NCBI RefSeq assembly: GCF_009914755.1
Contig: NC_060943.1
Direction: 5' to 3' (one strand)
From: the human T2T-CHM13v2.0 reference genome, Homo sapiens
DNA: 64,000 nt
Shown piece after piece: positions 1 to 14,290 of the stretch. The stretch's first letter is position 1. Every line of letters begins with the position of its first letter. The translations under genes and the position numbers were made by a program. Below the pieces are notes generated by a model. That model made no database searches, was not told the origin of the DNA, and saw only the letters and a program-made list of their open reading frames with translations.

Positions 1-559
1 CAAATAAAAGGGGAAAACCAAAGCGTGTGTAACACCTTCCCTGTATGCATGCTTTCTCAGTGGAACCACAGAACTGATAAGGGAAATTTTCTTTTTATGG
101 ACATATTCCAGCTGACAAATTTGATGGGACTGGAATATCCCCATGTGTCACCTTCTGTGAGGTGACAGATCTTTACATGATCATTGACAGCTGCTGACAT
201 CACATAATAAGGCCTTATGAACCTCAGGCAGCACCACCTCTAAAGCAGTCTTGCCACAAAACATCAAACCTGGACCTGATCAAGCATCTGGATTGATTAT
301 GGATATAGATGGACATAGAGAAAATATGGATATGGATATAGAGAAAATGCAGGAGACAGACGAGCAAGGGAAATGTCTCTGTGGGACAAAATCCACAAAA
401 TCCAGATTGTTGGAAACTCTCCAGGACAAAAGATCTAGATTCTTCAAAAACAACAACATTGAGAAAAGAACTGCCAGAAAGAAAAAATACAGAAGGAGAA
501 GATAAATTAAAAGAAACATGAGTTATGCCAGCCAAGTACAATGAATGGATCTGTTTTGG

Positions 560-890
560 ATCCAGGTACAAACAAACTGTGTAAAAATTTTAGAAGCATC
601 CATATGACAGCTGAGAAAATTTGAACACTGACTTAGTGTTTGATGTTATTAAGAAATTTTTAATATTTTAGAGGTGAAAAATTGTATTGTGGGTATAATT
701 TTTTAAAAATTTGATATTTGAAATTTTTTTGTAGATATATATTGAAATATTTATAGATCAAATTGTAAAAATCTGAGGTGGCCATTCATTCGTAATTGTT
801 GAAGCTGGGTGATTAGTACATGGGGGGTTACTATATTAGGCTTTCTACTTTTGTATACATTTGAAATCTATTGTAAAACTATTTTAGAAA
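560..890 (+). mobile_element. Ancient L1 (L1ME-type) 3' UTR remnant
   Basis: Contains aattgttgaagctgggtgattagtacatggggggtt...tttctacttttgtatacatttgaaat, resembling the L1ME3/4 3' terminus; boundaries approximate. Confidence 0.55.
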
Positions 891-2622
891 ATATAAACAA
901 AGTAATCTAATATTCCCCATGTTGGCCTCTGCAAAAATAATATCTCATGTAACTTGGGAAGCTTGGATATTTTTATGCATGGCATAAAAATGACAATGTA
1001 CATCCCTCTCCCCTCAGGACACAGAACACATTTGTGAGTCTTTTCACCCTCATCTCGTTGGAGATTTTATTGGGCAAAGAACCTTCAGTAGGCACGAAAT
1101 TCATTCTCACAAGCAGATGGATACATTATGCTCCATTTATTGCTCATCCTAAATTACAAACATTTCCAGTGAATGGAAAGGAAGATATGATTGAAAAGGA
1201 CTCTATAAAGACAGGATGTTTCTGTACAGTCCTCGTATCTGCTCACCTATTCCAAACTTTCCAGACATTTTACCAGAGGTTTAAGACATTCTCCTGAGGG
1301 TTTGTTGTAGAGGGATTTTTCTTAAATAAAGAGTGCAAGTAGCAAGCAATAGCCCACCCAATTGGAGATAAAAAAAAAAAGAGTGTCAGTTTTCCCCAGT
1401 GTTAAAAAAACAAAAAAGGCATCACCCTGCACATCCCTGGCAATTATACAAGGGGATGTACACAGCCCCCACCTTTCCTGAGTTCAAAAGGAAGGTGGGT
1501 TCTGAAAGAAGAAAAGGAAGAGTAGATCTCTTTGGATCTCTTGACACTCACAGCAAAGGGATTAAGGTATCTGAGTCAACTCTTGAGGCTTCTTTGAATT
1601 CAGGGATGAGGAGAGAATATGGTAAGCTTGACATCAGGTCCCAGAAGTTTTGAGAGAAAAGAACAGATTGCTCTTTGCAAAACAAACCAAGTGGGGTGCA
1701 TGGAGCCCCAGTGAATGGGAAACAGAGAAGTCATCATACCATGAAATGGTCTGAAATGTCAGGTGCACCATCCCTTGTGGGTACCAAATCTGTGCTCCGC
1801 ATAAACTTCTTCACCCAGAGTCAACTGGCAGGGGCAACTGGCTCACCAGGAGACCTAGCTATCCTCTTCTCCAGGCCCTAATTACACCTCCCTGCAACAG
1901 GGACTCTGCCATCTAACAGACAAGGAGGTGATTTGGTTCCCACATGTGGCTTTTTCTGCTGGGTCCCTTGAGGTCCATGGTAACCTTTTCCCCATTCTCC
2001 ATAGGCCACACTTTATCATAAGATTGGAGGCAGAGAACTTCAGCAACCACCCCCTTGCCCTCTGGCCCTGGGGTCAGGGTTACTCAAACAATACCTGCTG
2101 CCCAAACCTGGAGAAGTGTAGATTTTGCCACTGATGGAAGGATAATAGCTATTGTTGATACTTAATCTTGGGGGCCTAGAATTCCCACTGTTTTCACAAC
2201 TCGGAGCTTATTTCTACCAGCCCTGTCAGTGAGGATAAATGGGCATGAATAATGAGCAGACCAGTTTCCCAAAAGCTCAGACAGTCTGCAGGGAACATGT
2301 AATGAGCAGACAGTGCAGTTCATGCCGGGGAGCCCAGGTTTATCCAGGCCTCATCCTCACTACCTTTCTCTACTGATAATTGGACCCAACAGGACCATTC
2401 TGAGTCATTTTTCCCTCTTCATTTATTCTTCAGTTCCACTCAAAAGGTCAGCTTAGGGCATAAGGTCAATTACCTTCTGCAAGGCAATCAGGACAACAGT
2501 TACAGAAAATGATAGCAGCCTTACTCTTCCTGTAGGAATTACCAGCTTGTCAGCCTCCAAGCTCATGGAGACAAAGCATCGAAAAGTTAGATCCAGGTGC
2601 TCACCTATGTGTTCACTTATTC

Positions 2623-2646
2623 TGTGTGTGTGTGTGTGTGTGTGTG
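2623..2646. repeat. (TG)12 microsatellite
   Basis: Read directly from the sequence. Confidence 0.95.
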
Positions 2647-3308
2647 ACATTTGTTGTAAACGAGAGGGCAGGAGTCAGTGACACAGTGGTGCAGAGAATA
2701 ATCATATTCCCTGCCTTCATGGGGCACAGGGCTTGGTGGAGGACAAAGATGTGAATTCAGTAAGTGCCCCAATAAATATTCTCCTACAGTTGAAGAAAGG
2801 TGATATGATGTAATGTGCAACAGAGACTTTTACATGGTGGGGCCCTGGCAGGTCTCTCTGAAGCTGAAACTGGCAGGATGAGCAGGAGTTCACAAGACAG
2901 AGAGGGGTGAATGTGTTTTCCAACCACGTCTTAGCACAAACTGTTCTCTTTGCTGAGAGCTGAAAAAAGACAGTGTGACCAGAGACCATCAGGTAAGGAG
3001 CTGAACATGAGATATGACCTGAACAGGTGGAAGAAGGTGGTGAGAGACAAAGAAAGGAGTACAGTGCAGTAGAGAGGGCACAGAAGCTGATGTCAGGGTG
3101 TCTCAGTTTGGAACCACTGGCAGCCCTGCTCCTCTCCCATGTGGTCCCACCATGGTCTCTAGGGTCTGGGATAAGAGGTTAATGTGTACCTCATACCCTA
3201 AGTAGGGGTGGTCCCTGCACTTTGGCAAAAAGTTAAGGAACTAAAGAGATGGAAATGAAAAAAAAGATAGGATGAAGACTTAGAAGACCAAAGCCCTTGG
3301 ATGTTTTC

Positions 3309-3454
3309 TTTTTTAATTTTTATTTTTTAATTTTTTATCAAGACAAGATCTCACTATGTTGCCCAGGCTGGACTCAACCTTCCAGCCTAAAGCACTCCAC
3401 CCACCTTGGCCTCCCAATGTGCTGGGATTACAACATGAGTCACCATGCCCAGCC
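3309..3454 (-). mobile_element. Alu left monomer (FLAM/AluJ-like)
   Basis: T-rich tail followed by tctcactatgttgcccaggctgg...gctgggattaca...caccatgcccagcc; only one monomer is present. Confidence 0.85.
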
Positions 3455-3719
3455 TCCTGGGATGTTTCTCAACAAAACACTGAACGCCAAGATTGGTTTT
3501 TGTGCCACGTGCCAACTTCACGGAAGCCAGTCTATGAGCTACCAGCTGCACTCAGCAATTCCAGCTCCCCAAGCTTTGGCTCAATTCCCGTAGATGCACC
3601 ACTGCTTGTGGCCTGACTCTTTGCCACCCAAGTGCACTCAGCCTCCGCTGGGGAGTCTGCCAGGCTTGCATGGCTCCTACTACACTTGCTGTGCTGGGAC
3701 CTAAAACAGTTTTTGTGCC

Positions 3720-4155
3720 CCTAGCTTGACTCCACTGTATTTATGGAGGCTTTGACCTCCTCAGTGGCTGCCCTGGGACAGGGAGGCTGGTTAGCACAAT
3801 TAACACAACCTGGTCATGCAAGGCATTGGTAGTCCATAAGGTGAACTTTGACCAGTGAGAGACAGGAAATGGAAAGAAGCCAACAGAAAAATCACCTGGC
3901 CTTCCTCCCCTATGACAGAGTGTTCTGAGCCACAGTGTTTTACATGTCCTCCCTGGAGATGTCCCACATGACTTGAGCAACCAACTGGAGCTCTGGAGAA
4001 ACTGCAGCCATGCTGATAACATATGACCTTGTATTTGCTTTCTCTCCTTCCTGCTTTATTTCCCTATGTCCCTTACTTTGGTTGTTGGGATTGCACCTCC
4101 CAATAAAGCATTAGCATGTCCGCTCTGCTTGGGGCTCTGTTTCCTGGGTTAAGAC
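3720..4155 (+). mobile_element. ERVL solo LTR fragment (LTR16-like)
   Basis: 3' part gggattgcacctcccaataaagcattagcatg...ggctctgtttcctggg resembles the LTR16-family polyA/U5 region; 5' boundary uncertain. Confidence 0.55.
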
Positions 4156-4620
4156 TCTGACTCTTGAATGCTGAGGCAGTGTATTGAGAAGGAGTCCATG
4201 CTGGACTCACACCTGGTGAACAAGAGTGCTGTGGTGCATGAGTGAGTTCTTCCAAAGGTATAAGAAAAGATACTCAGTACCTGTCACCCCGAACTATTCT
4301 TCTGCAGCAAATATGTGTTTAAAGTCAGCAGCCCTTAAACATACTTGAGATCACAGATGAAGCAACATCAGACTAGCTCCCAACATAGAAAAGCACAATA
4401 GGAAAGAAATATTTGGTGCTGAAAAGATTATAGCTATGAGAAAATTAGGCAATCCCTCTGTGAGAACCAGCATGCACTATGGTAAAGGTTGAAAACAGAA
4501 GCGTGGATACAATTGCTTAATAGATATAATAATATGCATAACTGTGTGACAGGCAGTGTACTAACACCCTCATCTTTCATCCCATTTGCTCATCAAAATA
4601 GTAATAAAAAGGCATGCACT

Positions 4621-4920
<300 letters not shown>

Positions 4921-4934
4921 AGGCATGCACTCTT

Positions 4935-5080
4935 ACAAACCCTTATTTTACAGGCAAGAAAACAGGGCCAGAGAAGTTGGGTAACTAGTCCAAGGCCACA
5001 ATAAGAGTAGCAGAGTCAGGCTTGGAGCCCAGGAAGTATTTCTTCAAGTTTCATGCTTCTAACCTGAGTGCTGTACTGCC
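4935..5080 (-). mobile_element. MIR
   Basis: attttacaggcaagaaaacagggccagagaagtt...ccaaggccaca...ggagcccagg matches the antisense MIR core. Confidence 0.7.
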
Positions 5081-5269
5081 TGGTGGAGCTCTCTGCTAAT
5101 CCTAACTTTCAGGCAGAGGTAAGCATTGCTGATATTATATGCCTGTTCCTGAGGGCTAATACCAGGAGGGAGATCAGACTTTTCTGTCTGATCTGTTGCT
5201 TGTCCCTTCCATGAGTCTTGGGATCAGAATCCTGAATTAGAGAGAGATGGACTCTGGCCAAGGTAGGTA

Positions 5270-5621
5270 TGATGGTTTGTATGTGTCCCCCAGAAAGCAC
5301 GTGTTGGAAACTGAATCCCCAACACAACAGTGTCAGGAGGTGGCGCCTAATGAGAGGTGTCTAGGTCATGGAGGCACCACACTCATGAATGGATTAATGT
5401 CCACTATAAAGAACTTGAGGCTGTGAGTTCCATCTGTTGCTGTTTATGTCTTTTGCCCTCTTGCCTTCTGCCACTGGATGATTTAGTGAGAAAGCTGCCA
5501 CCAGATGCAGCCCCTTGATCTTGGACTGCCCAGCCTCTAGAACCACAAGCCAATTAAATTTTTTCTTCATAAATTACCTGGTCTCTTGTATTCTGTTATA
5601 GCAGCACAAACAGTCTAAGAC
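5270..5621 (+). mobile_element. MaLR solo LTR (MSTC/MSTD-like)
   Basis: Starts tgatggtttgtatgtgtccccc, contains catgaatggattaatg and ttggact.cccagcctc.agaac, ends gttatagcagcacaaacagtctaagaca. Confidence 0.85.
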
Positions 5622-6821
5622 AGTAAGACAGTAGGGAAACGAGCTCCAGATGTACTTGAAGCCTCTCGTTCTTATTTTAGGAATTAAAGAGCAATCTCCA
5701 CCAGTTTCCATTAGAAATGCTTCTTCTTCCATATCAAATATTGTGGGATAGCCTGAAACACCTCTCAATACTTCATGACCCTTCTCCAAAATTCAACAGA
5801 TATGATTTCTATGGACTTTACTCACAGGGGCTCCAGTAGAAGAGGAAGAGGCTTGGGTTTAATTGAAGGTGGCCTCAGGCATCAGTGAGGAGCAGCTCCT
5901 TTGGAGACATATCTCCTACAAAGAAAGCATCAGAATTATTATCCTAATATGTGGACATTTGCGGTTCCTTCAGCACCATCGAAATGAAAAGACCATGGGG
6001 AGATGCAGGGAGAGGGCTCTGCACAGCATAGCCAACTTGTCAGGTTGAAGACAGACAACCTCCACGGAGCACGGACTTCAATTAGTTAATTCCCCACCCC
6101 CATTGTCACTTACTAACATGGGATGCTGATTAAAAATTAGATTCTCAGATTATCTGTGAGAAGCTTCACTTATAATTTAAGAACTTTTGCTGTACAACCA
6201 TTGCAAAATAATTACATAAAGATTAATTAGCAAATTCCCAAAGCAGTAGTAAACAGCAAAGTAGTTTAATTAAGACCATTATCTCCAAAATCTGAACGTT
6301 AATAACAGTTGTAGCCCAGAGAGAAATATGAGGCACACTGGCACAGAGTGGGGTAAAGGGAGGATGTCCTTTGACACCAACAGTCGGCCCAAGTCTCCAC
6401 AGCTGCTGTCCTGCTAATTAAACTCCAGAACTCTCTGGCCACTGCATCTTGAGAGGACCTGGGCTCCTCCTATGAGCCTCTGCAGCTATAGCCTTGACAA
6501 ACATGTCATTGTCGGCCTGCCTCCAAGAACAGGCCTTTACCCCTCAGGAGAGAGGGAGGAAGCAGGGGGAGTGAACAAGACTTTCTAGTGGGGAATTCAT
6601 AAAATTTAGAATCGTCAGAAAACATCTGTAACCATGACTCCTGTCTTTCAGAAGACACTGATAAATTTAACCCAACCCCTTAACACAAACTCTGAAGTAA
6701 AAGTTTGGCAAAGGAAGCCAGTGGGAATGAAATGTAACAATAGCAACTATGCAGTCAGCACACACACCGTACGATCTCACACAGTCACCAGATCCTCTCG
6801 AAGCCACACTGCCTTCATTCT

Positions 6822-7156
<335 letters not shown>

Positions 7157-7546
7157 TAAGCCAAAGTCACTCGCTTAGCCTCGCACATGGAGAGCCTTCT
7201 CTTTTCAACTCTAAAGCCCATTTGTTTACCTCGATACCACAGAGATGCCCTTTGGTGGTGCAACATTTAGCCCATTGAAGGTGGAGACTCACCATTGTGT
7301 GAGTCTGGTGTGAGGTATAGCCTAGACTTGACAAAGATTGATTTCTCCAAAGAACCCCTTTGGCAGGGAGATCCCAAATCAGAGAGCCCTTACCCTCACC
7401 CGGGACAGCCAATGTCTGTGCAGCTCCACACGGAGCAACAGCTACTGTGGAGAGGTTGACCTGGACCAATCTAGGACAGGCTGAGGACTGCCCCTCCCCA
7501 GGCCCTTCCATGTGTCAGTTCCTGTCACAGGGGAGGGTGTGGAAGC

Positions 7547-7741
7547 CACCTCTCATCAGAGATCCACATCAGCTCATGCACCTGGCTCTGGTGCTGTCCC
7601 ACCTCAGGATCATTCCACTTTCTGCTGCAGGGCCTTGTCTGATTTCACAAAGACCTCTAGGTCCACACTAAGAGACAGCCCAGAGGTATGGGGTAGGTGT
7701 TTACAATGGAGGTGTTGACAGTCATCCTCATCGTGGAAGCC
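7547..7741 (+). repeat. ~195-bp direct duplicate of 8999-9192
   Basis: Colinear match including atgcacctggctctggtgctgtcccacctc and gacagcccagaggtatggggtaggtgtttacaatggaggtgttgaca; flanked by 13-bp direct repeat gtggaagccacct (7539-7551, 7733-7745). Confidence 0.95.
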
Positions 7742-9159
7742 ACCTTCTGACTCACTGCACCCATCCCAGCCATACCTCCTCATCCAGCGGCTATATGTCG
7801 ATTTGTCTCTCCCCTAATACAAGGCCCTGCCCTCCACCAGCAGAGCCAGACTGTCTGCCTGCAAGCCTGGCTTTTTATTCTGCTGCACTCAGAAATTACG
7901 CAAATCACAACTATTAGTATAACAGCTTCTGCAGAATTCACAAAGAAAAGGGAAAAAAAACACTGTCACAAAATCCCTGTGCTTGGTTAAAAGACCGTTA
8001 ATTTCCCCATTATCCTCACTCACTCTCTTGTTAATATGAGATGTGTGCATCTGAAGCCTGCTTTTCAGTCATATGAACATCTATAAAAGAGACATCAGTC
8101 AGCAGAAACCTCTGGAACTGCAACATGAAAGAGAATGAGGGAAAAGCCCAACTCCAGCTAGGGTGGAGAAGAGAAGAAAGGCGAGATGTGGGAGGTGGCC
8201 CTGGAAGGCCTGGGCGGGGGTCTCTAGAGGAACCTGGGAAGACTCTGGTGTGGGACAAAGCTCCAGATGGACTCTGAGCACTCTCGCTGTCCTGGAGGAC
8301 AGCTGTCTCACTGTTCTGGAGGGCCTCATTCCCCTTCTCATTCATCTCACTCACCATGCTAGAAGCCTCCCAAGGGCAAGAGCTGCACACCTGCACACCT
8401 GCGCCCCATCCCCTCCACAGCCCTGAGCAATGAGCAGGCACAGAGCCAGGGCCCGGGGAGGCCATGGAGAAATTGAGCTCCTTTGCTTGCCATCATTTCA
8501 GAGAGACCACAGTAGTCTTATTCCCTGTGAATGGATTGAGTTTCTTCTATCAATCAGGGTCCCCAAAGGAACAGGTGGCACATGGACATCAGAGGATTCA
8601 ATAACCTGACAATTTGCAAAGATTTCGGCGGAACAGTGACAGCAGAGATGAAGGAGCACATGATCCCAGGTGCTCAGAAGGAGGAAGCTGCCTCGAGAGC
8701 AGGGACTCAGTCAGCCCGAGCAACCCAGCAGGGAGGACGCAGGAGGAATCAAGGCCCTGTCTCCCTCCTCACTCCGTCTGCCTTCCTCCCAAGGGCCCCC
8801 TGGGAGCTGAGGGAGTAGAGGCAAGTTAGCCACCTGGGCCATGCCTCCAGGTCCCCTCCTGAGGCACAGAGCAAGGCAGAAAAGCTTCTGGGCCAGGCTC
8901 TGGCAGCACCAGTTGGATTTCCTCTGTAAGATGAAGACAATGGTCCTGGGAGAGCACAGCTGACCACCTAGCACCCTGGGCCATGTCACCTTCCAGCTCA
9001 CCTCTCATCTGAGGTCCACACCAGCTTATGCACCTGGCTCTGGTGCTGTCCCACCTCGTGATCATTCCACTTTCTGCTGTGAGGCTCTGTCTGATTTCAC
9101 AAGAGAACTCTAGGTCCACAATAAGACAGCCCAGAGGTATGGGGTAGGTGTTTACAATG

Positions 9160-12100
9160 GAGGTGTTGACAATCATTCTCATCGTGCAAGCCTGGGCATT
9201 CAGAGGCATTCATATTAGGCCTAGCCCAGGTGTTCACAGCCATTCTCATCAGGGCCAGCCCAGGTGTCGCTGCTATCCTCACTAGGCCCACCTCAGATGT
9301 TCACAACTGACCTCATTGGGCCCATGCAGGTGTTCATAGCCATCCTCATCAGGACGAGCCCAGGGTTCATAGCTGCCCTCACCGAGGTTTGTTTATATTT
9401 TCATATAACATTGTGAAAAACTGGCTTGGGGCCACTGAGTATAGCTGTGATCACCTGAGTTTGGCCCAATGAGGACAGCTGTGAACACCTGTGCTAGGCC
9501 CAATGAGGACAGCTATGAACATCTGGGCTGGGCCCCAAGACTACAGCTGTGCTTATTGGACCCTGATCTGGTGCTCTTAGCCATCTTCATTGAGACCAGC
9601 CTAGGTGTTCACAGCTTTTCTCATTGGGTCCAGCCCAGTTGTTCATAGCTATTCTCATCAGGGTCAGCCCAGGTATTCACAGCTGGCCATGGAGCTCAGC
9701 CAAGTTGTTCACAGCTGTCCTCATGAGACCCAGCCTGGTGTTTACCACCCCCTCCCTGAGTTCAGCCCAGTTTTTTACATCCATCTTCACTGGGGCCAGC
9801 CCAGGTATTCACAGCTGTCCTCATTGTGCCAAGCCAAGGTATTCACAGCTGTCCTCATGGGGGCCAGGTGAGGTACTCACAGCTGTTCCTTTCAAGGCCA
9901 ACCCAGGTGTTTACTGCTGTCCTCATTGTGTCCAGCCCAGGTGTTCATAACTGTCCTCATGGGGTTCAGGTGAGGTGTTCACAGTGATGCTCTTTGGAGC
10001 CAGCCAAGGTGTTCACAGCCATCCACATTGGCTTCATCCAAGATGTTCATAGCCATCCTTATTGGAGCCAGTGAGTTTGTTCACACCCATGCTAATACGT
10101 GTCAACCAAGGTATTATAGCTACACTCATCTGGGTGAGCCAAGGTGTTCACTGCTATCCTCACTGGGGCCCAGCCCAGGTGTTAATAGTTGTCCTTATGG
10201 GCCCAGCCCAGGAGTTTATATTGGTTCTCATCAGGGCAAGTCCGGGTGTTCAGTGCCATCCTATTGGGCCCTGACCTGGTATTCAGAGCCATCCTCACTA
10301 CTCCAGCCCAGGTATTCACAGTCGTTCTCATCAGGGCCTTGTACGTGTGCTCATAGTTGTCATCATTAGGTGTTTATGGGTAAGTCCAGGTGTTCAGAGC
10401 CATCCTATTAGGCCCAGTTTAGGTGTTCAGAATCATCCTTGTGGTGCCTAGCCTAGAAGTTCCCAGCTGTAATTATCATAGTCAGCCAGGGTTTCCACAG
10501 TCATCCTCATCAGGAACAGCCGTGGTGTTCACATCCATGCTCACTGGGCCTAGTTAAGGTATTAGAACCATCTTAATCATCAGGGCCAGATCAGGTGGTA
10601 ATGGCAGTTCTCTTTAGTGCCAGCCCAGTTATTCATAGCCATTCTCATTGGAACCAGATAATCTGTTCACAAACATTCTCACTGGGGCCAGCCAAATTAT
10701 GATAGCCATCCTCATCAGGGCCAGCTCATCTGTTCACAGCTGTCTTCACCGGGGGCAGCATAGGTGTTCACAGCCATCCTCAATGGGTCCAGCCAAGGTT
10801 TTCACAGCTGTCCTGATTGGGCCCACCCCAGAGGTTCACAGCTGTCATCATAGGACCCAGCAAAGAAGTACACAGCTGTTCTCATTGAGCTCAGCCCAGG
10901 TGGGCCAGTGCCAATTAGTGTGACTATAATACCTTGCCTGGACCCAACTAGCATGGGCAGGAGCAAATTGGCTGACCCCAGTGAGGATGGCTATGAACAT
11001 CTGGGTTGGTGGCAGTGTGGAAAAATATGAATATCTTGGCTGGCCCCAAAGAGAACCACCGTAAACATCTAGACAGGCCAAAATGAGGAAGTTTTGAAGA
11101 CAGCCATGAACTCCTGGGCTGGCTACGATGAGGACAGTTGTGAACAACTGAGCTGGGCCAAATTAGGACAGCTGTAAACACTCATGCTAGGCTCAATGAG
11201 GACAGCAGTGAACACCTATGGTGGCCAATGAGGTCAGATGTGAACAACTGGGTTGGCCCAATAAGGACAACAGTGAACACTTGGCTTATCCGCATGAGGA
11301 CAGCTTGGAACATCCGAGCTGATCTTGATAAGGACTACTGTGAATACATAGACTGAACCCAATAACAACAGCTATTAACACCTTGACTAGTTCCCTATGA
11401 GAACCACTGTGGACACCTGGGCTTGCCCCCAATGAAGATAGCTATGAACACTTGGGCTGACCTCAATGATGACAACTGTGAACACCTTTGCTGGCACTGA
11501 TGAGGACCATTGTGAACATGTTGGCTTGCAGTAATGAGGACAGATATGAACGCCTAGGCTGGACCCAGTGGAAAGAGAAGTGAACACCTAAGCTGACCCA
11601 ACAATGAAAATTGTGAAAAACTGGCTTGGAGCCACTGAGGATAGCTGTGGTCACCTGAGTTTGGCCCAATGAGGACAGCTGTGAACACCTGGGCTAGGCC
11701 CAATGAGGACAGCTATGAACATCTGGGCTGGTCCCCAAGACTACAGCTTTGAACAAATGGGCCGACCTTGATGAAGATGGCTGTGTACACCTGGGGTAGG
11801 CCCAGTGAGGACAGCAATTAACACTTGGGCTTTGCCTGTATGAAGTAAACTGTGAACACTTGTGCTGACTCCAATGAGCCTGGCTGGGAAGACCTGAACT
11901 GGCCCCAATGAGGATGGCTATAATACCTTGGCTGGGCCCAGTGAACATAGATGTGAACACTTAGGCAGGCCCTGATGAGGAGCACTGTGAACACCTAGGC
12001 TGGTCCTAATTAGGAAAACTGGGAACACTTGGGCAGGGCCCAGTGAGAATGGGCTATACTCAGTGATGAAAACTGTGAAGAACTGGCCTGGATCCCGTGA

Positions 12101-13954
12101 GGACGAATATGAACACTTGAGCGTGGACCAGTGAGAAAGGCTTTGAACACCTGGGATGGCCACAATGATGATGGCTGTGAACACCTTGGCTGGCCTCAGC
12201 GAGTGTTGCTATAATAGCTTGGCTGGCCCCAATTAACATGGGTGTGAACAAATAGGCTGGACCTAATGAGGATGGCTGTTAACACCTCAGGTGTCTCAGT
12301 TGAGGATCACTGTGAACACCTGAGCAGGCTCAGATGAAAATAGCTATGAACACCTAGGCTGGTCCTGATGAAGACAGCTAGGAACACCTGGGTGAGGCCC
12401 AGTGAGGATAGCTATTAACACCTGGCTGGCTTTCATGAGGATGGCTGTGAGCACCTGGTCTGGCCACTATTAAACAGTCTCTGGACACCTAAGCTGGGCC
12501 CAATGAGGACAGCTATTAACACCTGGGCTGGCCCAATAATGACCGTTGTGAACACTAACCCAGATAAGGATGGCTATGAAAATTTGGGCTGGCATCTAGG
12601 TAGATGGCTGTGACCTCCCAGGCTGGCCCCAGTGAGGATGGTTCTAATTCTTTAGCTGGCCTAAAAGAGCATGGATGTGAACACCTGGGCTGGTCCTAAT
12701 GAAGACAACTATGAATACCTAGGATAACCCCCAATAAAAACAGCTGGGAACACCTGGGATGGCCTTCATTAGGAAGTCTCCAACACCTGGACTGGGCCTA
12801 ATAGGATGGCTCTGAACACCTGGACTTGCCCTGGTGAGGACCTCTGTAATCACAGTGCTGGGCCCAATGAGGACAACTATTAACACCTGGTCTGAAAACT
12901 GGTGAGGAGTGCTCTGAACACTTAGGCTGAACCTGAGGAGGATGGCTGTAAACACCTGACCTGACCTCAATGAGGATAGCTGTGTAAAACTGGGATTGAC
13001 CTAGTGAGGACAGCTGTGAACACGTAGACTGATCCTACTGGGGACAATGGTGAACATCTAGGCTAAGCCCAATGAAGATAGCTCTGAATACCTGGACATG
13101 GCTCCTATGAGATAAAGTGCAAATGCCTGGGCTTGCCCAATGTGGACAGCTATGAATACCTAGGCTGAGCTCAATTATGAAAGCTGTGAACACATGGGCT
13201 TGGTCCAGTGAGGACAGTGGTGAACACTCAGGCTGGCCCTCATGAGGACAGCTGTGAACACTTTGTCTGGGCCCCATGAGAACAGCAGTGAATACCTGGG
13301 CTGGCCAAAATAAGGTAAAACAACTGAGCTAAACCCAATGAGAATGGCTGTGAACACCTAGGCTAGACACCAAGAAAATAGCTTTGAACACATGAGCTGA
13401 GCTCCATTAGGACACCTGTGAATACTTGGCCTGGCACCAGTGAAAACAGCTATGAACAATTGGGCTAGGCTCAGTGAGGATGGCTATAAACACCTATGCT
13501 GAACTCCATGAGATCAGCTGTGAACACCTGGCTATAATACCTTGGCTGGCCCCAATTAGCATGAGGGTGAACACATTGGCTGGCCCCAAGAAGAATGACT
13601 ATGAACACCTGAACTGGCACCATGTGAATGGCTGTGACCACCTGGGCTGGCACCAATGAAAACAGCTGTGAACAACTGAGCTAGGCCCAATATGAATGGC
13701 TCTGAACACCCAGGCTTGCACAATAAGGATGACTATCAACACCTCCATTAGCCCCAATGAGGATGGCTGTTAACACCTGGGCTGGTTCTGATAAGGACAA
13801 CTGTGAACACCCAGCATGAGCCCAATAAGAACAGTGGTGAACACTTAGGCTAGGCCAAATAAGGTCAGCCGTTAAAACCTGGGCTGGCCACAGCAAGGAT
13901 GGCTGTGAAAACCTGAGCTGGACCCAAAGGAAACACCTATGAAAAACTGGGTTG
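9160..13954. repeat. 34-bp satellite array, left part (mixed orientation)
   Basis: Diverged tandem copies of CCCAGGTGTTCACAGCTGTCCTCATTGGGCCCAG. Orientation + ~9160-9385, - 9410-9550, + 9551-10905, - ~10920-13954. Confidence 0.95.
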
Positions 13955-14290
13955 TGGGGTAGCTGGCAAGATGGCCGAAGAGGAACAATTCCAGTCTGCA
14001 GCTCCCAGTGAGATCGACACAGATGACAGATGATTCCTTCATTTCCAACTGAGGTACCCAGTTCATCTCATTGGTACTCGTTGGACAGTGGGTACAGCCC
14101 ATGGAAGGCAAGCCAAAGCAGGGTGGGGTGTTGCTTCATCTGGGAAGTGCAACGGGTCAGGGGATTTCCCTTTCCTAGCCATGGGAAGCCTTGAGAGACT
14201 GACTGTACCAGGAGGAATGGTGCATTCCGGCCTGGATACTGCACTTTTCCCGCAGTCCTCAAAACCAGCAGACCAGGAGATTCTCTCCTG

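Noticed and set aside
224-571. Overlapping ORFs at the window start
   Set aside because: They lie in AT-rich, probably old-L1-derived sequence with short atggat repeats; no coding signal.
7547-7741. Idea that this copy is the ancestral seed of the satellite
   Set aside because: The flanking 13-bp duplication indicates it is the derived insertion, copied from the array edge.
8031-9000. GC-richer stretch with overlapping ORFs, possible exon or promoter
   Set aside because: Few CpGs, no recognisable protein similarity and no convincing splice structure.
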